From the NCBI GenBank assembly GCA_907165135.1, contig OU015569.1, positions 9,079,889-9,143,888 on the forward strand: 64,000 bases of DNA. The letters run 5' to 3'. The translations under genes were made by a program, and so were the position numbers. The number at the start of each line of letters is the position of its first letter. The stretch's first letter is position 1. The DNA is from Oikopleura dioica. Taxonomy: Eukaryota; Animalia; Chordata. Positions 1 to 13,936 of this stretch are shown here, piece by piece. The notes under the pieces are model-generated. The model worked only from the letters and a program-made list of their open reading frames with translations. It had not been told where the DNA came from and did not search any database.

Positions 1-1600
1 CGCAGCGGGATCTTTGCAATATTGGACTTGATCAACATTACACTCTTCCCACTCAACGAACTTGTCATCATCGCTTTTTACGTAGCACCAAGGGCCAGAC
101 TCGTCTCCAGTTGGATTTCGACAGAAATTGTGATCTGTTTCAAGGATTTAAAAAAAGCTTATGAGTTGTTTTTTACAACTTTCATCTTTTATCCTCTGCC
201 CATAGGTTGATTGAAAACTACAGTGAAAAGTTGTTCGATAATGCTTTCAGTGTATCTCTGAGAATTATCATCCCAACGAAGACACCTTTTTCCAGATTTT
301 GTCCAATTTCGATCACCTTTGTACCAACACTCGCCTGGCATCGATGGTCTTCAAATCGTTTTTCAAGAGATAGGAGCTTGAAGTTCAAGCCTTGAACAGA
401 TAATATTTTAAAAACGGTTCCTGAGAGGTGGTAAGGGAGCTGGATTCGGGTCGGTAACGGCAATTGTAGATGTCGTTGGCAGAGGCGTTGTCGTCGCTAC
501 TGTGGTTGTCGCTGGTGTAAGTGAACATTTCAAAGAATCCAAAAAATATCCATCGGGACATTCGCAGTCCACTAGTCTATCATCAATATCCCAACGGCAC
601 CAGCTATCGTCACCACACGTGCAGGGCTCCTTCTCTTTGACTTCGCAGATTTTGACACCCCCAACTGCATCTTTAGTGAGACGCGCATTCTTCCTGAGTT
701 TAGAACATTTTCATGCTAAAGACGGTTTTTCGCTTTGTTGTAAACCAGCCTTGGGGTCACATGAGCATTCTAATTTGAGATCATCATCGTATTTGCATTT
801 TCCATATCCGCAATTATCTCCTGGATGGCATTCATCATTATACTAGATAAGAAATCATAATTATTTATTGACTCTTATCACTTACTGGCTCATCAATAGT
901 TGCTCGGTTCATACAGACACCCTGATGCAAGACAGCTTCTTCGTCACAATTGCAAATGCTTTTGAAGTTCTCGTAATCACATCGAGGCCATTGACACTCT
1001 CCTAGGTGATGTGCGTCACACGTGCACTCAGTGCAAGTTGGAATATCGCATTCATCGAACTTTTCTAATTGTTTGGCAGTTATTCTAGACAGATACGCTA
1101 ATGTACTGAATTAGATGCCTCATCAGAATTTACGATTGGGTTGACCCTTCACGGCAATAATCACTTCATGTCTAGGGCTTGCCAAACGTTCCTTATCGTC
1201 ACTTGTATAACACCAGGGTGTGTCCCCATGTGGATTTCGGCTGAAATCGGGGCTAAGTATTCAGCAATTCTCAAACTTTATAAATTAAAACTATCAGCCC
1301 GTATCAATAGTTGTGAGAGGTTTCGTCTGCATAAATTCTTTCGTGAAATTTCCAGAAGTCGCATTCAGCTCCTTATAACCAGATATTTTAACAGCTCCCG
1401 AATAAAAAAAAAGATCGGGCGAATTCACCAGTGACTCCGGATAGACACCTGATTTTGTAGTGCTCCATTTTCCGTTGTAGATTGTGCCATTTCTGTGACA
1501 ACAAACATCGACAGGATCACTCTCTGAAATCGGCAAGGCCTTGACGCCCACCAAAAGAATCGGGGAGAGCTTCATCGAGCTTTCCTCTCGTTAACTGCTC
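1..1600 (-). CDS. Partial multi-exon gene for a secreted kringle + EGF-like domain protein (5' part only; continues beyond the window start)
   Basis: Minus-strand translations contain kringle signatures 'CRNPTGDESGPWCYV' (~30-130) and 'SRNPHGDTPWCYTSDD' (~1150-1250). They also contain EGF-like modules 'CHPGDNCGYGKCKYDDDLKLECSCDPKAG' and 'CTCGDDSWCRWDIDDRLVDCECPDGY' (~540-850), plus a Cys-rich stretch 'DECDIPTCTECTCDAH..' (~880-1080). Exon order and phases were not resolved. Confidence 0.55.
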
Positions 1601-2346
1601 AATAAAATCTCTACTATGATCTCTGGACCTTGCAAATAGGTCGACAAAGCGAGGTGCGTGCCTAAGCGCCTCGATACTTGGGCGGTCCCCTATTCGCGCT
1701 TGTGGAATTAGCACTACCAGATTACTAATTCCAGAGTATTATTATTCAAGCGCTGGCGCCTAATTAAGGCAAAAGAGAAAGTGCTCCTTCTAAATAATAA
1801 AAGGCAATTATATCAAAAACCGAAAAATATAATCAGTATCGAAGAACATATTAATAGAGGAAGTCATCGATCACAAATTCAAGTGCCTTAGAGTTTCACC
1901 TTTGACGATTGGTACAGACCCCACTGATAGTATTCAGCGCAGAAGTGATAACACGCAAGCTCGCACAAATGTACAGAATCTAAGCAAAAAGGCGAAAGAT
2001 GTCAGAAAAAAATCTCAAGATCACAATTAGAAAAACACCGAGTAAAAGTGATGATTCCTCGTCCCTTTCTTCCTCGACCGAAAATGCAATCTGGGAGGAC
2101 CTGCAGGTATAACTTATTTTTCATCTTTTCTGTTACAAAAAAAAAATTAAGCAATTCCAGAGTGGATCGCCATCTGCTTTTTCGATGGGTGGAGAATATT
2201 CGCCGATAACAACGACCCCTCCTCCGGTTCGTAGTCTGGCTGATCTGAGAAATATGTTTTCAACGCTTTCCTTTGCTGCTCCCTGTGCTGACTGAAGGGT
2301 ATCCGATATAAAATTACTTTTTCCAACTTCTAGTTTCTCGTTACCC

Positions 2347-2930
2347 TTGACAAGTGAAAGTTCTTCATTCAAACTTGCTCAAATAGAAGGTAGACTTTTT
2401 CCGAAAACTCATACCATCCTTTTTGTAGGAGAAAATGAAGATCTAAAGAAATTAATAAACGAACTAAAACAAGAGAATAGAGATACAAATGACAGACTCG
2501 TGGAGATCAAACAAGAATTGGAAAAAGAAAGAAGGAATAATATGCGTTTGGCACACAAATTCGAGCAAGATTTCGAGTTTCACAAGCAGCAGATAGTCAA
2601 CGACTGCGGAAGGCACATTGAAGAACTGCAAGAAGAACACCGCGAGCACATCAGAAATATCGAACGCAAATTAAATACGGACCAAAGAAAAGTTTTTATT
2701 ATTGAAGATTTGACACGAGTCATGATTTTAAAGTGCAATAATCAAAAACCTTTATTGAAAACTATTGAAAGCAAAATATTTTTGCTGCTTCTGAAACAAA
2801 GAAGCTTCATGCCGAAATCGCGGACTTGACCAAAGATAAGCGCGATCTTACTTATGAAAACTCTTTGCTGAGAATAAGACTGAAGGCAAAGAGAGCCCCG
2901 AAGGAAAGTTCATATTTAAAAACCCTCTAA
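2347..2930 (+). CDS. Coiled-coil protein of unknown family (2 exons, frame change at ~2760)
   Basis: ORF 2347-2829 is E/K/R/L-rich with heptad-like periodicity ('LKKLINELKQENRDTNDRLVEIKQELEKERRNN'). A second frame continues as 'ETKKLHAEIADLTKDKRDLTYENSLLRIRLKAKR'. No recognisable family. Confidence 0.3.
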
Positions 2931-4019
2931 AAACTTGATGAACTCATAAACCTTGTGAATGAACTCATTTATGAACGAATAAAAGGAAATATTGATATCG
3001 GGCAATTTCGTGACAGCGATGCAGCAAAAAGCTATCCCAGGTTTGTTTCTATCGATAATAAAATAGTCGCTAAAGCTCAATTTCAAGGGTACTATGAGCT
3101 TGATGAAGATATTTGTCATGAAACTATGGAGTACAGGCCTGCATATAAACGTCGTGAACTAGCTCAGGTTAGAAAACAAGCGGAGTCAGTGCATGATTAT
3201 ATCTTTGTCCAAGGGTCACCGGATTTGGCTGGTTTATAACAAGAACGACCGAGTTTGGAATTTCCAACCGACGAAAAAATTATTTTCTTCTGTATCTTTA
3301 ATATTCATACGATCAAGAGCCGTCTTTCCCACACTGATCTCGAGTGAAGCTGTTAAAATGGCCTCAAATGGACAAACCGGTTGGACAAAAATACCGCTTG
3401 ATATCAAGCAATCGCCGACTGCTGTCGAGATACCCATTCATATTGACGACGGTAGTGTCAATTGAGTTTCATTTTATTAACGAAAAAATTAAGAGTTATC
3501 AGAAGATGATGACAAAGTTCCCGTCGTACTACTAGATGTCTAGAATCTAATCATATGAAGTTCTAAACTGTCAAACAAAAACTTGAATCAATAAATTTAT
3601 TTTTTGAATATTTTTAATTACAGTAGCTACAGGTTATCGCCAGATTTTTTAAGGTTAGGGTCGCTCTTATCAGAAATCTATAAACTTTTGAGACTATTTT
3701 TCGATATTTTTTCGAGTTATAGAAATTCTCATCTATGTCTTCAATAATCAAGATGTTTAAAAGTTTCGGGTTTCTGAGCAAGGATCTAGTCGAGAGTTGT
3801 CGTTGCTTGAGTTCTTGGACATCAAGTTCGAACACTCGACTCCATTCGGTTCCTATAATCAAATATAACAAAGCGAAAAAGGAGCGGCACTACATTATAC
3901 TGCGTAAGCTGCGAACATTCTGTTGGAAATGTTGGAGTCACACAAACACGATCTATTCCAGGTGCGGGACTTACTCCTTCTCTTTGTCCCCTGCGACTTC
4001 TTATAGATCCAGTTGAGTG

Positions 4020-5700
4020 GGAACCTAAAGGTCTTTTAATCTCCCTGCAGCAAATATGTACTTGTTGGTCGCCTGTCCATACCAGCAGGACGTCGTATTT
4101 TTTGGTTAATGACCATGCAAAGCTTTTGTCGGAATTGCGTCGAAAGGAATGAATAGATAAACGGGTTCAGTACAGAGTTTGCCGCGCATCCGAGATTAGC
4201 AAAGTCCAAAATAAACTTGAATTGCTGTTAGGAAGAATAGCTAAAATTGCTGATGACCTGCCACGTGTGAGCACCAGGAGTAATGTTCCAAACTTGGCAC
4301 ATGTTTCGAATGTGAAATGGCGTCCAACAGAAAATGAACGTAATCACTGTGCAGGTTATATGTAGCTTGAGAAATAAGCGACTATGAATTTGCGTAAGAC
4401 CTGTCCTAATATAAGAACAATTTTGGTGACTTTTTGATCTCGCGCTGACGCTTTCTTCGAACGGCTACGGCGACTTCCAGTTATACTTTTTGATGTTTTT
4501 CGCCCGGCGCGTATTGAGATCATGATTATATTCGTGTAGCAGTAGATAATTACAATCAAGGGGATAACGTAGCCCAAGATGAATAGAACGCACAAATACT
4601 ATGCAGAATAATTAAGAAAGTAGCGGCTCAGAGCTATTGACTGCAGAAAGACTTACCTGGCTGAAGTGATTGCTGATGGGACAAAAATTTGATTTATACA
4701 GCTCATCGTCGATTTCCCTCCAGCAGTAGTCCCTCCACGTCTCTTCTGAAATCATTTTATTCTTACTGAGAACAGGAAAGTTCGAGCTTTCGAAATAGAC
4801 AATGAAGTACCAGAAATCAAAGTTAATTTGAATCACATTTTGGTTAGTGTTACAAATGTGCATTCCTCGCGAATATAGCTAGTTCTATTCACTGTCTCCA
4901 TATTGAGTCAATCTCTATGAGGCAGGGCTTTCGTTTATACCTTGCGTCTCATTTGTGAGAGTATATTCTGGCAGCTTGCATTCCGATATCTTGCGCTCCT
5001 CTTCGGTCTGGCACAAGGAGCATTGGTGTGAATCTAGCGATATCGAGGCTGACCAATCCAGACGACATTCGTTGTTGACAAACTTCGAATGAATGATTGA
5101 AGGAACGGCTAGAAGAGTTGACCAAATGGATTCGTGTTCTGAGATTACCGAGAAATATGGAGATCGACCAAACGCATATCGTCACAATGGCGACGTAGCT
5201 TGGATGGTTTCGCGCTTTTTTTAATGGCTGCATTGTGTCCGGCGGCATTATCAAGATGAACCTGTCAACTGAAAGCATCACGAGGAAGAATACGCTCACA
5301 AAAAGATTTATGTTCGTAGCAGCGTTATGAAAGATGCATCCAAAGCGACCGTATCTCCAACATCCATGAAAAAGTCTTAGTTTGGCTGGTCGATTGACTT
5401 AGAAGGGAACTAATTCAAGTGTCGTGTAGCCATTCCTAACGTCAATTTTAAAAGGTAAAATCGCCAGTTGAATTGTATCAGCTGCACAAAGGCTCAAAAT
5501 GAACGAATTCGAAGCACTTTTGCGTTTGTTTTTGCAGTGCTCATCCCACAGGACGTACAGAATGATCAGATTCGAGAAGATACCGAGAGCGCAGAAGAAT
5601 GCATAAGTCCCAACAATGGGTACTACTCCGTGATCTCTACGATGTTCACATTGAAATTGAGATGCGGTGAAAGTGATCACAACTATCCTTGATTTTTATC
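4020..5700 (-). CDS. Rhodopsin-like (class A) GPCR, multi-exon
   Basis: Minus-strand ORFs give TM1-2 'NLIILYVLW...NSFILSLCAADTIQLAILPF' (5399-5680), a TM3 DRY-variant 'LSVDRFILI' (4949-5299), and TM5 + basic ICL3 (4356-4595). They also give TM6 'TVITFIFCWTPFHI' (~4290-4340) and TM7 'NSVLNPFIYSF' (~4170-4215, NPxxY). Confidence 0.65.
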
Positions 5701-8599
5701 GTACTCAGTGTCTGATCCCGGTTCTTTATTTTCTTTCGCTTGAATTAGCAAATAATCAGAATCATCTTAGAACCAGTTCCTGACCAAATGGACGGACAAT
5801 GCGAAACACTCCCATTATACTAAAATAGTTTTACAAAGTCACATATGCCATCGTTTGAGAATGTAATATAGAATGATAAGTGCGGGCTGTCTCAGAACAT
5901 AGTAAAAAATGCCTAAATCTGCAAAATGTCTCGATACTCGCGCAAATTTTGCTTCAACCAATGCTATCTGCTCATCCCCATATTTAGACATTCATCAGTA
6001 AATATGATCGTAACGGATTCAAACAGTAACGTAAAAAAATCGTATACTTGATACCTCCGATGAAAGATTCGTTGGCTAATTATTATTGAAATTAAAATTT
6101 TTCTCAGTGCATTCGAAAAATAATCCTTCATAAATTTGAACATACTTGTAGTAGCATTTGCATAATATTGTCCGAGATAAGTTCTGGCGAGTCCGTGACA
6201 TCGAGAATAGGCTCTTCTAGCTTCTTATTCTTTCTGAACCACTCGCAGACAAGCACACGCTCGGATAGCTCTTAACTAAGTTAAGATGAATCGTTTATTG
6301 CCTTTCGAACCTTGAAACTCTTCGAGTGGAAGAATGTTCCTGCTTTTAACCGTTGTGCTTTCCATATTCTTTTTCAGTCATCGGTCTGCCTAAAATCGTT
6401 GATGAAATAGTCGCTTTGTTGATAAGTTTAAAATCTTTTTTCCTTTAAATTAAGAGGTTTATGATCAAATGGGATTATTAATGTAACATATGGAGAAAAT
6501 CATGGCGTCCACATTTAGGACATTTAGAAACGTTCTTCAAAATTAGCTATTGTGAAAATTAAGCCCGTTATTTTTAAATAAATGCGGCTATTTTTTCTTT
6601 GCCGTCGTACGGTCTAAGACGCTACTTTCTGTTCCGGCTTGGGATGTCACTTGAGCGCATTATTTACGGTAGGCTGAGAATGTACAAATCGTCAGTGAAC
6701 TGGCGGGATAATCCGCAAAGTGTTTACTGGTTGACGTTTTGAAATAGTATTACTAAATATTACTGAATAGGCAAGAATCCGCTTCAAAGAGGATCAAACG
6801 GGCCGACCTGGATGCTAAAATGCGCCGTCCATCTGTCCAGATCATCGTTTTATTTCTAAACATGATCACTAACCGTGATTAGATGCGTTCTCAAAAGTAT
6901 TTCTTCCAAAAAAGAAAACGGCTATTTGATTCACTAGTAAGAGTTCTCAGTGAATGACGCAAGTAACATGTAAAGTGCCTCTACGGTATTGATTAAATTA
7001 TTCTTACAACACCGTACCTTATGCGAGCATGTTAAAATGCATAAGTAGCCTAATTTGTAGAAAAAATGAACTTGGGCTTCTTTTTCGAAGGCAATTGCTC
7101 GCTAAGAAGGTCACTTATTGCTCATCGATCAGCCTTCAAGGTCGCAACTTTCGCTGAAAATTATCAGAGCTACTTTGACGAGGCGTTTGTTCAACGATTT
7201 TCGGAGCCTATTTGGTCGAATCAGAAAATGAAACCCTTCAATAGACGTATTGTTTAACCTTTAATGGCACGTTGAAATTTTAATTGCGATTATCAATAAC
7301 TTACAGTAATTCCAAGCTAAATCCTCAGTAAAATCGCGTTTATCAATCAAAAACTAGAATCTAGTTTTCACACAATAGAAGTTTCTGAATTAAGATTTGC
7401 TGATCTCTCGTATTCAACATTATTTTCTATCATAAGTTATGGTGCATAAGTTTCATAAATATTTCAACTCTTAACGCTTCAACCTTTTCTTGGATGCGTC
7501 AACACAAATATCAACCGTGATATTATTCAACCTTTTTTACTTGAGATTTTATCTTAGTCTAACAAATGTTTCCTAAATCGAAAAAAGTATAATGATCATT
7601 TATACAAATTTTCAACGACAAAAATTGACAAAATGCATAATGCATTTAATTTAAAAAACGGGCGTTGGCTTTACCTGCTTGTAAAAGAAGTCTTCTTGGT
7701 TCTGTCGAGCTCTTGAAAATAAGGAACAGATTTGCGTAGAAGATGACAGTATATCGATAGCTGTTTGAAATTCTCACGCCGCGAGTCAGACTAAAAAGAA
7801 GAAGGGAAATTGAGCGAGAAAACGCCACCGCGCGGCAGAGTTTTTTCTTAGAATCATTTTTTAACTTGAAATCAATAGTACGCTTATTAAAACACCTTTA
7901 TTGAGCTAATTATGAGCAAGTCAGGGGCATTGCGACAATAACCGATCTACTCCTTTATAATTTATGCGTCAGTTTGGACAGTACTAAATGAGCACCCAAC
8001 ATTGCCGTTCGCGCACATTTATGAGGTCACAGAGTTCTTTTTTCTCGGGTTGAAATTTTCTAGATCTTATTCTGCATTTTATTTAGAAAGAAAATAAAAG
8101 TTTAGTTTTTAAGTGAAAACATGGATCCACCGTCTCAAAGTTCGGATTGCGATTTCATCGAGCTTCAGGAATGTGTTCTACTGAATCAATCAATATTAAC
8201 ATCTTAGCAAGAAAGTCTTTACTTTGGAAGAGTTTCTGTGACATCGGCAAACGAAATATACAGACGTTTGTATTTTACAACGTCAGATTATGTTGAATTC
8301 GATGTCGCCTTATTTTGAGCCTGGTCGGATCAGAAAATAGGTTCTTTGGATAATTTTTCCTAAATATGGATGCATTTATAAGCTTCCCGACTTTTCGGAA
8401 ACTTCTCCCGGCGATGAACAGGACAATGTCTCTTCTTCGAGTCCAGATGGCAAAGGAAGGGCTCATTTGATTCCTAAGTCTTGACGTATTCGCCATATGA
8501 TTCGGCTCTTTATTACGCCCATTAAGAAGACAGTAACTCAACTACAAATGAATACGAAGATGTCGTTGTGATTTCAGGTTGACTGTAATTGATTCTTTT

Positions 8600-9860
8600 T
8601 CTTGCAACTTTCACAAGATATCGGACAGTACGTTGAAATACCTGTTGTCGATGAGGATGTCTCGGACAGCACACCCGAAGATGGAGCAGAAGAGGCAAAA
8701 ACAGAAGATACCTTGACTAAAAGTGCCGAAGAAGAAATATCCTACCGAAGACACCCGAATCCAATGCTACCGTGAAAGTTTTAATCAACAATTAACTTAA
8801 TTATACTGAAAAATTCTACGCATCGTTCAGTCGAAACATGAATTTTAGCAAATGATTGAACTTAAATATCAGTTTAAAATTGAGATCGAAGATCCAGTAG
8901 CTAGAAGACGAAGACGGCGACAGCAAAAAGCGCTCACCCTAGTCGATGAAATTTCGCTCTTCAACCCTTCAAATCTCCGCGAAACTCGCACGAAGGAATC
9001 TTTAAATATTGTTTCTTTATTTCTAAGTTAAAAAAGAGCGATATGTCTTCTTTTTCCTGAAATTTAATAGAGCTCAACAAATTCGTCAACCGTGCAGTTG
9101 ACAATTATCAAATTTTCGGAGTTACCAATACGAAATTTAAAGCCAAAAAGGTCCGCGACACTCTTCCCGACAACGAAAGTAAGTTGTTTATTAGAAAAGG
9201 GGTGGAAATGCTCGATGAGTAAGCTTCGCTCGTACGGTATTTTAATTTCCTCGCTAACCGAGTTAGAATGACGAAACCGGATCAGCTCGCGGCTCAGCGT
9301 GCTCAGCAGCAAGGCTCAACAATCAAACGATTGAAACTTGCTCACACAACAACTATCGTTCTGTTATTCTAAGCTACTTGAACCGAGATTAAACTGTCTT
9401 ACAGTATTCCGTGGCAATCTACTAGTTACAAAAATATAAGCATTTGCTCTGTTTTGAAAATATTTCTAGCGATCCAGCGTGAGCAGCAAATCTTTAAAGT
9501 AATCGAAGAAAAAGACTGGCACACGTTTTTGAACATGGTTGAGGTAATTTGATAAACATACAGTTACTTTCTTGGTCTAGATAATGCGCTATTCGATACT
9601 GTTTTAGTCCCTTGAATTCGGAGAGGATGCTGCTCTTGTTCGCCACAGAAAAACAACTATCTTTATGCCTTATCGTTCACCATCTCCGGAGAAAGAGGTG
9701 AACTCACACTACATGCTCTTTCCTAATTAACGTTCATTATTAGGAGCCGCTTTATCCGACGCAATCAATGCTGGATCGTCGCCGAACGCAGAATATTGCT
9801 TTTATGCGAGGCTTTGGCGGAACCTACGGCAACCCCTTTGGTGGTGGATTCTAGTTATTT
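8600..9860 (+). CDS. Multi-exon gene of unknown function (5-6 short exons)
   Basis: Exon-like segments bounded by AG/GT: 'ELNKFVNRAVDNYQIFGVTNTKFKAKKVRDTLPDNE|gtaagt' and 'AIQREQQIFKVIEEKDWHTFLNMVE|gtaatt'. Two more are 'SLEFGEDAALVRHRKTTIFMPYRSPSPEKE|gtgaac' and a terminal 'EPLYPTQSMLDRRRTQNIAFMRGFGGTYGNPFGGGF*'. Family not recognised. Confidence 0.3.
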
Positions 9861-10299
9861 GTAGTTTATCCGAAATAAAAATGACAACAATAAAAACATG
9901 TGTCTCCGTTTTAAATCTAAGAAATGAAATTCGCAACTTGAACTCAAAATAGCTTTATCCAAGGTCAATTTGCTTCGTCGCGAATAATGTGAATCCGCAA
10001 GAGTGGGCATTTTGAAACGGTTTAGATTGTGAAATTCTATCCACGAGTCCATCTGGTGGCTAGTTGATAAGACCAGCCACATCTCAGGTTCATTTGAAGA
10101 GCTTAAAACACTCAGACCTGGCGAGAAAAGAAACCCAGAAAATGCCCTATTTATTTTCTACAAAAATGTTTTTTCTGCTGCTTGCTCTAGGAAAAGTTTG
10201 AGAGAATATTACGAAAAATTCAAGAGTTATCGATTCTTTCTTGTATTTAAGTTCTGCTGAAAGTATCAAATATTTTCGAAATTCCAAAAAGTACATGAA

Positions 10300-11400
10300 A
10301 TATCGGGTAATCAAGAATTGGTCAGTCTTTTTCCTGACGATTACGAAGATTACCAGGATAATAGGGCGATGGGAAGAGACAATCTACTTGCAAGAACATC
10401 GTATACATATTTGCAGCAAGATCTTAACCTCTCTACCGATCACTTTCGCAAAATCGTTTTCACTGATTTCTCGGAGTGCATTGTTATTAATGAAGATGAA
10501 GCGGTAATTATCCAAGGAAATACAAGAGAATTGTAATTTTTAAGATTAAATACCGATACCACTGCAACGAAGGCGTCTTCACTGTGGAAGTAGCTGCGTA
10601 AGTTATATAAACTAGTGTGATATTTTTTGTTCAAAAATAAATTCAGATGCACACAACTGCAAAATAAATGGGTCATCCGATTCGACGCCTTGGATCGTTT
10701 AGGTGGCTGTATTAACGTTATTGAGCATAACGAGCACAAGAGTATCGTAACTCAGGTAAACAACGAGAAATATTCCTCGAGGCACTCAATAACATCTGCT
10801 GTAGGTTGGCAAATGTGGAACAAAATACCGCAAAGAAAACGGCTGGATATTCATCACGAATCAGCTGCATATTTTTCGATCGGTTGATGATCAAGCGCAG
10901 GATCACAACGGTTACAATTTGACATGCGCGTACGAAGAGATTTTAGAATTCGAATACGACCTTAGCGGAGTTAATGAGGAAGGCTCATTCAACGATGTTA
11001 CTGTCAACTTTTTCGAATCCTCGAATTTTCTGAATCCACTCCCATCTTTGAACTTCGAAATAGGCGAGGAAGTATTCTTCTCCTTCACCTGGAATGAAAA
11101 TAATAATCTTCTCAACTACGCAATCAGTCGATGTGCCTTGAAAGACAAGAAGCTAAAGAAAAATTTTCCCTTTCTTGAAGGGGTAAGCATATTGCATTGG
11201 AAAAAGAAATGGACTTCGTTTTAGGGTTGCGTTAACTCGCTCGTCGGAGCTAATCGCTACAATGACTATCTTCTGTCTACTTCTGAGCAGCAGCGCTTCA
11301 GTTTCGTCGCCTTTACGTTCCCCGACAGTGACAACCAACTCACTCTAGCGTGTCAGGAAAAGGCTAACACAGAAACTAAAAGTGCCCCAAAAATTTTATA
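10300..11400 (+). CDS. Extracellular protein gene, possibly ZP-domain (several exons)
   Basis: + ORFs 10318-10536, 10627-10887, 10919-11224 and ~11240-11400 ('FSFVAFTFPDSDNQLTLACQEKAN') have spaced Cys and 'F.F..F.F' patterns reminiscent of ZP-C. Weak. Confidence 0.2.
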
Positions 11401-11969
11401 TGAGCCTACAAAAAACTATTTAGAAAGATTCATCTCTAGTCCTGCTAAGATAAATTACTGCTTGAAAACGGAGGAGACGTGTGGAATCGGTCCACGAACA
11501 TGCAATACTGGATATCTCATTCCATGAAGACCCGGCTAGCACCGTAGACGAAAATTTCAACGCGAAATGTTTCGTGATGTCTGTATAGTAATCGTAATAA
11601 ATGTAATTGCCTTTCGTAAATGAAAATGCACCTGCAAACTCAGAGAAGCTAAAGAGGAGACAAGACTTTTCTTGTGTTCCTTTTTTCCAATTGAAATGAC
11701 CCAACATAACTGAGATTTATTCCTTCTGAGGGAATCGGAACGTGAAGAAAAAAGAGTGAATTTATATAAGTAAAGGCAGTGAAGAAGAAACAAGGGTCAT
11801 TCTTCGGAAGGGTCATAGTCTTGGCGGGGTAAGGGACGACGTTGAGCCTTGATCAAATCTTGACCTTTGTGAAAGTGCTCGAAATAGTTACAATGAGTTC
11901 CGGAAGTTACTTCTTTCCCCGCTTTTTTCGTCTAAAAAGAGCAAATTAGAAGCGTTCCAAGAGATGTTC

Positions 11970-13936
11970 TTACGATTTTGTTGATCGCTTAGAAGATGCG
12001 GGAGCCTGCTGCGTCTCTTCAGCTGGCTCTTCGTTGTCCGGGAGCTGTGGTGGGAGTTGTGGTGGGGGTCTGTGGAATCCAATCCAGATTAAGTAAGAGG
12101 GGTAGTCATGGCGGGGCGCTCCAAAACTTGCCCCAGAAAATCCAGGTTCTTCTTTAGGCCCTCGTGGAGGTGGTGGATCGTCCTCGTCATTTGCTGTCCG
12201 CGTCCTTGCTGGTGATTTTGAGGTGCCCGCTCGTGAGCGTTTCGGTTTCTTTGGAGATGGCTCGCTTTTTGTGGGAGATGCTCGTCCAGATGATGAGCTC
12301 TTGTCTGAAGCGCCGTTTTTAGATGCCGCTTTCTTCGTGCCTTTCTTCGTAGACTTTTTCTTGGCGGATTTCTTGGCCGTCGTTCTTTTCGTGACCTTAT
12401 TTGTGTTATTCGTCCGTCTGTACGTTGGAGGTGTGTAAACTAAAAAACCGTTAATTCTGGTCAATATTGCGTATTCACTTTTTGGCGTGCTAGCGGCGCG
12501 TCGAGAGTAACGAAGGTTGAGTACTCTGTGAACTTCAAAGGCGTAGGCATAACTGGCTAGTTCTTCTTCAGAGACTGCAGCTTTCGCGCGACGCTTGCGT
12601 TTTTTACTTGCTACAGGCTTTGGTAACTCTGCGTCGTTAGTCATGTCTATGACATCATCGACATCCGGTTCTTTTTCACTAAATTTGAATTGTTATGAGT
12701 AAAAATTTAAAACTGATGTCGAAAATTGAGTACTTACGGGATAGGAACGTCGTTTTCTATATTTTCGTTATCTCCGTTATTTTCTTCCTCGGCATCATTT
12801 CTTATTGGGCTATTACTTGCTTTAGCTCCAGCGTTTTCTTCTCCATCCTCCTCGTCTTCTTCTTCGGACAAATCAAACAGATTCGTTCGCAGATCATTGT
12901 AGTTAGCGTCTGTTTTGTCCACAGCGCTGATTTCTAACGAGACGTCTTCCATCTGAGTTGCACCATCATTGTCAATGGCAGACGAGTTGGCAGTTTCGCT
13001 GCTGATATCTGGTAGGCCATCTAAAGTTTCATCAACAGAGAGCAAACTACTGGTATTTGGAGTAGTAACAGTGTCTACTGTATCAGAATGACCAGTATCG
13101 TCTGCGTAAAGAGGAGCGAAATCTCCATTATTACTCCTCGTCCTCCCAGTATCGTTTTCTTCGTCATCGCTGTCCTCAGCAGCGCTTATATCTTCAAGGC
13201 CGTTAAAAACACCGTTAATAGGTTCTGGCATTGATTCTGTCTCGTTGGACTCATCGACATTGTTTACAGCTTCTAGAAAGTCGGCAGTTTCGGTATCAGC
13301 TGAGTTTGTGTCTTCTGGCTCTCCGTTAGTTTCGGCGTCACCATTGACAAACGAATCTGTTGGTTCACTCTCGTCCAGATCTTCTTCTTGTCCTTCCTCT
13401 TCGACTTGTGAATCATCCTCGATTTCATCCTCCAAGTCTTCTTCCACAGCCTCTTCAATAAGTTCCTCATTTAGATCGTCCTCGTCTTGTGAGATGACTT
13501 CTTCCTCGACTTCCTCGGACTCTGGTTCAGTTTTGACTCCCTTTTCAGGCTCTCTCACTTCTAGACCTTTGAGTCGTCTGTAAGCAAGGAAGGAGTCTTT
13601 TGATGATCCAAGATAGCCGTTCTCTTCCGGTGATCCAAATATATTCACAGGCTCTCTATCAGGAACGTTGGCAAGCTTGTCGAAGTATCTCCTGGTAGCA
13701 TACTTGTAATTGTAAACATCAACAGGCGACCACCAAGAATCCAAGCATCGGTGCAAGTACCTTTTAATTTGCCTGAACAACAAAATTAAAATAACGATCA
13801 AAAACGCGATTATGATACACAAATTAACTCTTGTACTTAACCCGTTAACAGGGTGGTCGATTTTGCATACATTTTTGCCTGTCGATGATTGAGTGAAATC
13901 AAGGATCCGAGGTTGTGATAGGCTACCCGTTTCCAC
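11970..13936 (-). CDS. Two long ORFs, probably one gene, for an N-terminal TM anchor plus a long extremely acidic D/E-rich low-complexity region, then a K/R/S-rich basic region with PPPQLPPQLP
   Basis: ORF 12734-13936 (400 aa) has a hydrophobic segment 'LCIIIAFLIVILILLF' followed by ~250 aa of D/E/S/N low complexity. ORF 11970-12644 (224 aa) is lysine-rich with putative NLS 'KKRKRRAK'. The architecture is reminiscent of junctin/ASPH-type acidic luminal proteins, but no catalytic domain is seen. Confidence 0.4.

Noticed and set aside
22-1434. Plus-strand ORFs 22-210, 207-395, 502-846 and 1141-1434
   Set aside because: No domain signal. The opposite strand carries clear kringle and EGF signatures in the same intervals.
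5700-8550. Possible gene or regulatory content in the A/T-rich 5.7-8.5-kb stretch (ORFs 7066-7257, 7646-7828, 8275-8541)
   Set aside because: The ORFs are short, low-complexity and have no splice-consistent partners. I treat the stretch as an intergenic or intronic A/T-rich region. I cannot exclude a lncRNA or a long intron of the GPCR gene.
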